From assembly GCA_041166945.1 (NCBI GenBank), contig JBEEGQ010000038.1:1-17723 (forward strand): 17,723 nucleotides of DNA, in the 5' to 3' direction. Position numbers and translations under genes: made by a program. The stretch is from Verrucomicrobiota bacterium (GTDB taxonomy: Bacteria > Verrucomicrobiota > Verrucomicrobiia > Limisphaerales > JADJPG01). Shown here piece by piece: positions 1-7,448 of this stretch. How positions within the stretch are numbered: position 1 is the stretch's first letter; each line of letters opens with the position of its first letter. The notes beneath the pieces are model-generated. The model saw only the letters and a program-made list of their open reading frames with translations. It did no database searches and was not told where the DNA came from.

Positions 1-2148
1 CAGGCGCATGGGATCGTTGCCGACAAGGACGGAAGTATCATCGTGGGCGGATATTCGTACGGAATCGGCACCGGGGTTGATTATCTCACGATCAAATACA
101 CCCCAGACGGCATCGGGCTGTGGACAAATCGTTACGATGGGCCGGAGCACGATACAGACTGGATTGAATCTGTGGCGTTGGATGGTTCCGGGGGAGTGTA
201 CGTTGCGGGACTTTCAGGGACCAACTTTGTAACCATCAAGTATACGTCAGCGGGCGTGCCGGCATGGACCAATTATTACGGCAGCACCAACAGTTTCCTG
301 CTTTTTGCGGGCATTGCGGTGGACAACGTTGGCAACGCGTACGTGCTTCCGATCGATTTCGACTCGGATTCCTATATCATCGTCAAATATGATGTGAATG
401 GCAATCCAGCCTGGACCAACTTTTTCCGATCCTCGGCCACCAGTACGGAAAGCGCCAGTGACATTGCGGTAGATGCAGCGGGTAACATATTTGTCACAGG
501 TTCCTCCTTCGACCCAAGTCCGGGCACGACAACGTTTCTGACAATCAAGTACGCCGGCAACGGTTCTGCACTTTGGACCAATCGCTATAGTCTTGTGGGC
601 CTCGAATCCGCCTCGCGGGTCATCGTGGATTTGCAGGGCAACGTGATTGTGGTGGGAGTTTCCCAGGGGGGCACTTCTCAAAGCAAGTACCCCGTCATAA
701 AGTATTCAAATCCAGGCGTGCCGCTTTGGACAAACATTATCGCTGCAGCAGATTATGCGGGAGGCGGTGTCCCTAAAATCGCGACGGACGCGGCGGGAAA
801 TGTCCTCGTGGTGGGTGGAACTCCCGGGGCCACAACGGCAGATTACACCACCGTCAAATACTCCAACACCGGCATGCCCCTCTGGACGAATCGTTTTGTG
901 GATCCGAACGCGGGCGTGCAGGGGTTATTCGGGGCAGCGACAGATAATGCTGGGAATCTCTATTGGTCGATCGAATCGGCTTCACCCGGCGGCGCCAATT
1001 ACAACTATGTGACTTTAAAATACGCAGCGAGTGGCACTGCGGTATGGACCAACCGCTACAATGGTCCAGCCAACGCCAGCGATTTGCCGCGCGCCATGAC
1101 CGTGGATAAGGCAGGCGGGGTTTATGTCACTGGCACTTCATCCAGTGGCGGGACAAGCTTCAGTGCTCTGGATTGGGCTACGGTCAAATATGCCGACAAC
1201 CTGCGCTACGTGCCGCCACCGAACTTTGTTGGTCAGGACACGATTAGATTTACGGCGTTCGATAGCTTCGGCAACAGCGCCACCGGCACAGTGGTCATTA
1301 ATGTAATAGCCGGGCCTGCTGTCGCGCCCTCAGTGGTAGCGCCCGACGATTACACAACCATTGCCGGCAACGGCGGTCTAAATACACTTGTTCGCAGCGT
1401 CGCTGCTGCTCGAACCTACCAGATGCAATTCACCCCGGACGCCTTGGGGGGATTGCCGACAGGGGCGCGGATCACGGAATTGCGCTTTCGCGCAAGCACC
1501 AATACGGCGGCGAACTTCCCAGCAGGCACTGTGACATGGTCCGATTACGAAGTAACACTGGCTCAGGCGGCCAAAACTGTAGCCGCGATGAGCTCGATTT
1601 TTCAGGCAAATTTGCTGAACCCGGTATTGGTGAAAGACGGGCCGCTTTCCATCGACGCGAACAGGTTCACCGCCGGGGGCAATCCCAACTCATTCGGGGC
1701 GCTCGTAGTGCTCGATACGCCGTATGTCTATCAAGGAGGTGACCTGGTGATGCAGTTCACACATACCGGCAGTGATTCCGCCGACAACGTATTCCTGGAC
1801 GCCGCCACTTCTGCCGCTCCCGGTTACGGAACCTCATTTCGTGCATGGAGCGCCAATGCCTTTGGCGCCACCAGCGGCGCCGCTGCCTCGGTTATTATTG
1901 TGGAGATCGTGATCGCACCCACGATTACGCAAACAATCGCTCGCACCGGAAATCAGGTGATTATCAATGGCACGGGTGGATTGGCGGGTGGTACGTATCG
2001 GATTTTGACCGCCACCAACGCAGCCTTACCTCCGGTTCAGTGGACGCCGATTGTTACGAACCAGTTTGGCGCGAGTGGCGGATTTGGTTATACGAACGTC
2101 GTCCAGTCCAGCCTGCGGGCGCAATACTTCCGCGTTATTCTGCCCTGA
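1..2148 (+). CDS. SBBP-like beta-propeller repeat secreted protein (5'-truncated by window edge), with Ig/cadherin-like segment and C-terminal sorting-like module
   Basis: Frame 1 is open from base 1 (QAHGIVADKDGSIIVGGYSYG...), so the gene starts upstream of the window. There are at least 8 roughly 50-aa repeats of pattern D.AGNvyVtG....(D/n)y.T(I/V)KY...G...WTN(R)Y(dGP), typical of SBBP/beta-propeller repeats. These are followed by 'YVPPPNFVGQDTIRFTAFDSFGNSATGTVVINV' (bacterial Ig/cadherin-like), then a ~150-aa domain resembling the lysozyme repeats (GGLPTGARITELRFRAS...), and a C-terminal ~80-aa module ending QYFRVILP. Stop TGA at 2146-2148. Confidence 0.8.
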   Translation, partial: QAHGIVADKDGSIIVGGYSYGIGTGVDYLTIKYTPDGIGLWTNRYDGPEHDTDWIESVALDGSGGVYVAGLSGTNFVTIKYTSAGVPAWTNYYGSTNSFLLFAGIAVDNVGNAYVLPIDFDSDSYIIVKYDVNGNPAWTNFFRSSATSTESASDIAVDAAGNIFVTGSSFDPSPGTTTFLTIKYAGNGSALWTNRYSLVGLESASRVIVDLQGNVIVVGVSQGGTSQSKYPVIKYSNPGVPLWTNIIAAADYAGGGVPKIATDAAGNVLVVGGTPGATTADYTTVKYSNTGMPLWTNRFVDPNAGVQGLFGAATDNAGNLYWSIESASPGGANYNYVTLKYAASGTAVWTNRYNGPANASDLPRAMTVDKAGGVYVTGTSSSGGTSFSALDWATVKYADNLRYVPPPNFVGQDTIRFTAFDSFGNSATGTVVINVIAGPAVAPSVVAPDDYTTIAGNGGLNTLVRSVAAARTYQMQFTPDALGGLPTGARITELRFRASTNTAANFPAGTVTWSDYEVTLAQAAKTVAAMSSIFQANLLNPVLVKDGPLSIDANRFTAGGNPNSFGALVVLDTPYVYQGGDLVMQFTHTGSDSADNVFLDAATSAAPGYGTSFRAWSANAFGATSGAAASVIIVEIVIAPTITQTIARTGNQVIINGTGGLAGGTYRILTATNAALPPVQWTPIVTNQFGASGGFGYTNVVQSSLRAQYFRVILP

Positions 2149-2314
2149 TTCCATTCATCTGTGATAAATGCGCGCGCGGCTCGCATTAGATTCTCTTTTC
2201 TTCGAAAAATTCGGCGACGATTGATGGAAGGCCTTCTCACTTCCTTCAAGGAGTGCCAAACAGTCTGTGAATGGTGTTTTCTTTGTCAGCATTCCACGAT
2301 ACACTTGGCTGCGC

Positions 2315-4549
2315 ATGAACCCACAGATTTGGCTCCGGCTGGCCTTGATCCTTTTCTTCTCGCCTCTCCCCGGAGTCATGGCAGCGCGACCGCTGGGAAT
2401 TGACGTCTCCAGCTATCAGGCAACCATCAACTGGTCGAGCGTGGCTGGCGCCGGTATTTCGTTTGCCTGGGCCAAGGCCACGGAGGGGACCGGCTATCAA
2501 GACGCGTATTTTGTCGGCAACCAAATCAATGGCAAGGCCGCCGGCGTGCTCATGGGTGCTTACCATTACGCGCGATACGACTTGCACAGCGGTACTACGG
2601 GCGCCACGGCAGAGGCTAATTACTTTTGGAACTTCGCCAGGAACTACATTCAAGGGGACGGAAAGAGCCTCATGCCCATGTTGGATGTCGAAGCGTCCCC
2701 TGCGGGCTACACCCCGGCTGGTCTTGCAGCCTGGATCAACCAATGGTGCCAAACGGTGGTCGCCAACGCATTCGCGGCCGGCATCACGGTCAAGCCCGTC
2801 ATTTATGTGAGCGCCTGCCACGCCAATTATTTTGACAGTTCCGTCGCCCAGTGGACGCCTTGGATCGCCAACTATAATGGCCAGGATCCGCAGAGCGGCA
2901 CCCCGTGGAGCGTTTGCAGCGGCAATAACATTTGGGGAACATGGGCGGCGTGGCAATACACTTCCACCGGCTCCATCCCGGGGATCTCCGGCAACGTGGA
3001 TCACGATGTGTTCAATGGCACTCTGACTACCTTGATCAGCACCCTGGTCATTGGCGGGGATGGCCCGGTCACGGTCGTTTTGCCCATCGCCAAGGGAGTG
3101 GACGATGCCGAGGAATCGGCAACCGGGGTCATGAATCTCGTCAGCACCGATCTCGAACTGGTTCAGGATGACGCCACAGGCGCAGGCCACCAAATCGTCG
3201 GTCTCCGTTTCCATGTTCCGTTGCCGCCGCGCGCCATCATCACCAGCGCTAACATCCAGTTCACCGCCAACGAAACCAACAGCGAACCGACGGTCCTGGA
3301 CATCCATGTGGAAGCCGCCGATTACGCCTCGCGCTTGGACAGCAACAACCTCAGCGGCCGCATTGTCGTCGACACCAGCGTGCGCTGGCAGCCAGGCTCC
3401 TGGCTGACCGTGGCCCAATCCAACGTTCTTCAGCGCACTCCGGACTTGACCCCGCTCGTGCAGGAAATTGTTTCGCGCCCCGGGTGGGTGAAGGACAACG
3501 CGATGGCGTTCCTGATCACCGGTAGCGGACATCGCACCGCCGATGCCTTTGAAGAAACCAGCGGCACTCCTCCACGGCTGACCGTTACTTACAGGATGCC
3601 CGCACCCCTCCTCACTAACATCGTGAGCATAGCCGGCAGCGATAGGGACGTGGAACAAGCCACCACCGGAGCGATGAGTTTCACGAGTACCGACCTCGAA
3701 CTCGTCCGGGATGAAGGCACTGGCGCGGGCGACCAGACCATTGGCTTGCGCTTTGAGAATCTCCAGCTTCCGGTCGGTGCGCAGATCGTCAGCGCGAATA
3801 TTCAATTCTCAACGGACGAAACCAGCAGCGAACCCACGACGCTTGCCATTCATGCCCATCGCTCCGGCAACGCCGGTGTCTTCATCACCAATGTCAACGA
3901 CCTGACCACCCGCCCGCTAACTCTCAACACTGTCGTCTGGACGCCGCCCTCCTGGAGCACCGTTGGCGAACGCGCCGCCGCGCAACGCACGCCGGATCTG
4001 GCCGCAATGGTCTCCGAAGTCATCGCGCGACCGAGTTGGGCCAGCACCAACCCTCTGGTATTCATCATTAGTGGCACCGGCAAACGCGTCGCCGAGTCGT
4101 TCGACAAATCCGGCGGCACGCCGGCCACGCTCAGCATTAGTTATCACCCCAAGCCGGTTGTCGGCAGCTATGCCGAGTTCCTGGCGGCCGCGGGCGTTTC
4201 CAACACAAACGGCCCCAGTGCCGCGCCGGACGCCGACCTGGATGGCGATGGTTGGAACAATCTCCTCGAGCACGCCCTCGGGATGGACCCGAAGCAACCC
4301 GATTCCCCGTCCTGGAATTTCACTGTGCAAGGCGCAGTGCTGACCTACACCTACACCCGGCCCCGCGTGATCAGCGATGTGAGCTACGCGGTGGAATGGA
4401 GTGACACTCTAGTCCCCGGTTCCTGGAGCAGCACCGGCATCGTGCAGCAGATCCTCGCCGACAACGGCACCAATCTCACGATCCAGGCTGCCGTGCCCGC
4501 AGGCGCGGCCGGCAGGCGCTTCGTTCGTTTGAAAGTCACGGTAAAATAG
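2315..4549 (+). CDS. Secreted glycoside hydrolase family 25 (GH25) muramidase/lysozyme with two tandem ~165-aa domains of unknown function, a DxDxDG Ca-binding-like motif and a PVC-type C-terminal module
   Basis: N-terminal catalytic region GIDVSSYQATINWSSVAGAGISFAWAKATEGTGYQDAYF...GAYHYARYD...ATAEANYFWNFA matches the GH25 (Cpl-1-like) signature. ATG 2315 gives a classical signal peptide MNPQIWLRLALILFFSPLPGVMA|ARP. The ORF track starts at GTG 2267, which lies 13 nt downstream of AAGGAG (2248-2253), so the alternative start cannot be excluded. Two homologous domains lie at ~3101-3592 and ~3638-4144 (about 45% aa identity). Motif PDADLDGDGWNNLLEHALGMDP at ~4218-4285. C-terminus ...GRRFVRLKVTVK. 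Confidence 0.85.
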   Translation: MNPQIWLRLALILFFSPLPGVMAARPLGIDVSSYQATINWSSVAGAGISFAWAKATEGTGYQDAYFVGNQINGKAAGVLMGAYHYARYDLHSGTTGATAEANYFWNFARNYIQGDGKSLMPMLDVEASPAGYTPAGLAAWINQWCQTVVANAFAAGITVKPVIYVSACHANYFDSSVAQWTPWIANYNGQDPQSGTPWSVCSGNNIWGTWAAWQYTSTGSIPGISGNVDHDVFNGTLTTLISTLVIGGDGPVTVVLPIAKGVDDAEESATGVMNLVSTDLELVQDDATGAGHQIVGLRFHVPLPPRAIITSANIQFTANETNSEPTVLDIHVEAADYASRLDSNNLSGRIVVDTSVRWQPGSWLTVAQSNVLQRTPDLTPLVQEIVSRPGWVKDNAMAFLITGSGHRTADAFEETSGTPPRLTVTYRMPAPLLTNIVSIAGSDRDVEQATTGAMSFTSTDLELVRDEGTGAGDQTIGLRFENLQLPVGAQIVSANIQFSTDETSSEPTTLAIHAHRSGNAGVFITNVNDLTTRPLTLNTVVWTPPSWSTVGERAAAQRTPDLAAMVSEVIARPSWASTNPLVFIISGTGKRVAESFDKSGGTPATLSISYHPKPVVGSYAEFLAAAGVSNTNGPSAAPDADLDGDGWNNLLEHALGMDPKQPDSPSWNFTVQGAVLTYTYTRPRVISDVSYAVEWSDTLVPGSWSSTGIVQQILADNGTNLTIQAAVPAGAAGRRFVRLKVTVK
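3101..4144 (+). repeat. Intragenic tandem duplication encoding two homologous ~165-aa domains (R1 3101-3592, R2 3638-4144) inside the GH25 gene
   Basis: Protein alignment: R1 STDLELVQDDATGAGHQIVGLRFHVPLPPRAIITSANIQFTANETNSEPTVLDIH...TPDLTPLVQEIVSRPGW...FLITGSG...TSGTPPRLTVTY. R2 STDLELVRDEGTGAGDQTIGLRFENLQLPVGAQIVSANIQFSTDETSSEPTTLAIH...TPDLAAMVSEVIARPSW...FIISGTG...SGGTPATLSISY. Nucleotide similarity is moderate, indicating an old duplication. Confidence 0.7.
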
Positions 4550-4739
4550 CCGTAACTTCGGAGGGTTTGGTTAAACTCCATACGAACATCCTGTTCGGGC
4601 GGGTGATTTCCACAAAGCCGCGGCCGAGGTGCATGAGGAAGCCATCGGGCGAATCCATCATCCTCGCAGAGATAACCCGTCACGCCGGACTTTCCGACCG
4701 CCAGTTACAGCGGCTCGTCGGACAGGGTTCCGGTTCAGT

Positions 4740-5993
4740 CTATTTGTTCAGCTTGGCTGTGTCGTTGGCCCAAATGGTGCGAATGGCTGTCTCGTCGCCC
4801 GAACCGTTCGGGACCGCGTCGCTCTGCTTATTGGCAAAATACCAGCGGGTATCCGACGAAGTTGCCGTGCGGCTGCCGGGCATTTGGAGATGGGCATTGG
4901 TATCCGTATCCCGCAGCCAGTCCCAGGCGTATTGCAGCCACTTGGCGCGATACTCCCTGGTCTGGTGCGCAAACCAGGTGATTTCGTCATAGCCCCAGAC
5001 ATAGAGCCTTTCGTTGGGACCGCCGGGTTGTCCCTGATGCCGACTCGCGCCGAAGTTGTCCAGTTCCACCAAGTAGGGCAGATGCTCGCAGGTCCAGCCG
5101 CTGAAAGTTTTTCCACCCTTGCTGCGCCCGTAGAGTCCGTCCGAGTATCCGACTTTCAAGATAGCTTCCATCGGTGCATTCGTTGACTCCTTGATACGTA
5201 ACGGGAACGCATTGAAGTCCAGCAGGGGGTTGCCGTTCCGCTGCAGGCCGCCGGTGGGCGTATGTCCGTTGCACAGCACCATGTGACGGCGCGCGTGCTT
5301 CGTCGCATATTGACGGACCATGGTCAGCAATTCTTCCCAATGGGCATTGTCCTTGTCGTTCCGGTTCATGATTTCCACCTGCCCGAAGTGGATGGCCTCG
5401 CAGCCAATGTCGATGTAGGAGACCGCCTGATAATAAAACCACATCCGGGTTTCGATCTGGCTTTCATCCGGCACTTGTCCGCCACCCATAGAGCGGCGCA
5501 TGCTTGCCGGATAAATCATGTTCTCATAAATGAAATTCCGGTTTGTGATCGGCTGTCCAAAAGCCGTGAAAACCGAGTTTGGAACCGGAATTTGGCTCAC
5601 CCGCTGGCCCACGATCTCAAAGACGCACGCTTCCAGGACCATGTCTGGATCGGCCGCCAGGACCTGCGGGATTTCCTTTCGCGCCCGCTCGACGCTATTC
5701 GTGAAATCCCTTTCGGCGCCCCACAGACAGAGCGCACGGCCGATATACTTTGCCCCTTCGCCCTTGAGCATGCGGATGTTGTCTTTAAGATCACCCCGGC
5801 CATTGAGCAGGCCCTCCATGCTTACGGAGCGTGACAGGTAATTCTCGAGGACCTGCCGCGAGATTTTGGTGTCGAATTGAAATCCGCCGGGACGAAGAGT
5901 CGAATTCGTCTCGTCGGCTCTGGTCGGCAGCGCTGCCAACAGGAATGCAAGAGCCGCTGTGACGATAGCTACAATTTTGATGAACGGTTTCAT
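4740..5993 (-). CDS. Secreted hypothetical protein, possibly a TIM-barrel (clan GH-A-like) glycoside hydrolase; family not recognised
   Basis: 417-aa ORF on the minus strand. Internal ATG at 5993 gives signal peptide MKPFIKIVAIVTAALAFLLAALPTRA|DE. The longer track ORF (start 6065) would overlap the upstream gene by 38 nt. Strand-like hydrophobic stretches each followed by acidic residues (ACVFEIVGQ, HFGQVEIMN, LVELDNFG) suggest a (beta/alpha)8 hydrolase. It is last in a co-oriented four-gene cluster. Confidence 0.65.
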   Translation of the reverse strand: MKPFIKIVAIVTAALAFLLAALPTRADETNSTLRPGGFQFDTKISRQVLENYLSRSVSMEGLLNGRGDLKDNIRMLKGEGAKYIGRALCLWGAERDFTNSVERARKEIPQVLAADPDMVLEACVFEIVGQRVSQIPVPNSVFTAFGQPITNRNFIYENMIYPASMRRSMGGGQVPDESQIETRMWFYYQAVSYIDIGCEAIHFGQVEIMNRNDKDNAHWEELLTMVRQYATKHARRHMVLCNGHTPTGGLQRNGNPLLDFNAFPLRIKESTNAPMEAILKVGYSDGLYGRSKGGKTFSGWTCEHLPYLVELDNFGASRHQGQPGGPNERLYVWGYDEITWFAHQTREYRAKWLQYAWDWLRDTDTNAHLQMPGSRTATSSDTRWYFANKQSDAVPNGSGDETAIRTIWANDTAKLNK

Positions 5994-6027
5994 AGATAAC
6001 GTGGATGCGATTGCGACTCTTTCGCTG

Positions 6028-7443
6028 CTATGGCGTTCGCGTTGACGATTCCGAACGTAGGCCAAGCCCGTTCACTGTGATCACGGAGTAAGCATGCTTT
6101 TCTCCGATTTTGGAAGAGGTGTCCAGGTAGCGCATTTCCGGCAGCGGTTGACTCGGTGTGTCGTGATAGGTCATGGATTGGAACAGCGGGCGACCGAATT
6201 TGCCGATTGGCTTCTCCGGCACTTTCGCCAGTTCTTGTCCGTCACGTATAACAACGAACTGTTGGATGCCGCTTTCGAAATCGGCTTGGGCCTTCCAAGT
6301 GATTTCGATCCCTTGATCTCCCCTTGATGAAGCCGTTACGTTGAATGGTGCGGGCGGCCGTGTCGTGTCGCTGGTCGCGCCGGTCTTCACATATTCCCTC
6401 CATGCTTTTGCCACTGCCCCGTTCGGCAGCCAAATCGCTTCGTTCGGATCGCCTTTGAACTCGGTCGCTGGCACTGGTTCTTCACCGAACAACGGCGCGA
6501 GCCAGGCGTCGCTTATGGACATCGGTTTGAGCGTTTGATCTTTGCTTCCTTTGTCGGGCAGACGCGCGGCGAGGCACGCGTCGAGAAATGGAATCGCCAG
6601 ATAACGCGAGTCGCCGCACTCGTGGCCAGTGCGCGGGTCGGGCGCGAAGCCGATGAGTCCGCCGTGCGCGCGATATTCCTTGAAGGTCGCAATGTTGCCG
6701 AGCCACGGCCCTTTCATCTTTTCGCCCTCGGTGCGTGTGTCCGGATCAGGCGGCGGCGCCTTCGATTTTTCCTTCACGCCCGGATTCGTCATCATGGGAA
6801 TTTTGTAAAGCGCGGCGGAAACATCGGGCCGCGTAAACTCGGGATGCGAAAGGAACATCAGCGCCGAACCGGAACGCATCCACACGGCGACGACGCGATC
6901 GGGATGCAATGCCGTCATCACGTCCGACCAAATGCCGCCTCCGGAGTGGCCCCACAATGCCCAGGGAATTTTGTCGATTTCGGAGTGACCAGTTTTTGCC
7001 GCAAAATCCATGAGCGCTTTGAGAAAAACCTTTTCCGAACCACGTCGTGGATCGAACCACAACTCCGATGCGCCGGCCGACGTATCGATCTTCTCGTTCT
7101 GCACGTGATAGCTCGAACCCCACAGCGCGCAGTCCCATTTCCTAGCCAATGCCTGCCAATGAAGATCATGAGCCGCCGTCGAACCTTCGATTGAAGCCGT
7201 GGTGCCTGCGCCATGTTGATGCACAATGATGCCGCGCAGCGTTTTCACGCCGTCGGGAATCCACAGTTCATAAGTGACCGCGATCTGAAGTTCGTTTGAC
7301 GCGGATGACGCCGAATAATCGAGTTTCACATACTGCCCCAGACTGTGTTCGTGCTTCACACTCGCACAACCGACGAATGTGACCGCGAGCCCGGCCATTC
7401 CAAGCGCCAGCATCAATGCCCTTCCCAGTCTTGCAGTCTCCAT
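6028..7443 (-). CDS. Alpha/beta-hydrolase fold esterase, probable lipoprotein, with C-terminal fibronectin type III domain
   Basis: N-terminus METARLGRALMLALGMAGLAVTFVGC|ASV is a signal peptide with a lipobox-like VGC. Nucleophile elbow WGHSGGG (GxSxG) and HQHGAGTT oxyanion-region motif. C-terminal ~100 aa (PAPFNVTASS...ITWKA...YSVITVNGLG) has an FN3 pattern. Its ATG lies 5 nt after the stop of the upstream gene (TAA GCGCT ATG), consistent with an operon. Confidence 0.85.
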   Translation of the reverse strand: METARLGRALMLALGMAGLAVTFVGCASVKHEHSLGQYVKLDYSASSASNELQIAVTYELWIPDGVKTLRGIIVHQHGAGTTASIEGSTAAHDLHWQALARKWDCALWGSSYHVQNEKIDTSAGASELWFDPRRGSEKVFLKALMDFAAKTGHSEIDKIPWALWGHSGGGIWSDVMTALHPDRVVAVWMRSGSALMFLSHPEFTRPDVSAALYKIPMMTNPGVKEKSKAPPPDPDTRTEGEKMKGPWLGNIATFKEYRAHGGLIGFAPDPRTGHECGDSRYLAIPFLDACLAARLPDKGSKDQTLKPMSISDAWLAPLFGEEPVPATEFKGDPNEAIWLPNGAVAKAWREYVKTGATSDTTRPPAPFNVTASSRGDQGIEITWKAQADFESGIQQFVVIRDGQELAKVPEKPIGKFGRPLFQSMTYHDTPSQPLPEMRYLDTSSKIGEKHAYSVITVNGLGLRSESSTRTP

Positions 7444-7448
7444 AGCGC

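Noticed and set aside
2246-3805. 519-aa ORF on the minus strand antisense to the GH25 gene
   Set aside because: Arg/Gly/Ala/Pro-rich low-complexity translation with no recognisable domain. It lies entirely inside a well-supported gene on the opposite strand. This is a typical high-GC antisense artefact.
4384-4683. 99-aa minus-strand ORF overlapping the 3' end of the GH25 gene, and 4567-4992 + ORF in the convergent intergenic region
   Set aside because: No start context or domain, and each overlaps a well-supported neighbouring CDS on the opposite strand (4567-4992 + also runs antisense into the 4740-5993 gene). Likely spurious. The small hairpin GAGGGTTT-GGTT-AAACTC (~4562-4580) after the GH25 stop lacks a U-tract, so it is not called as a terminator either.
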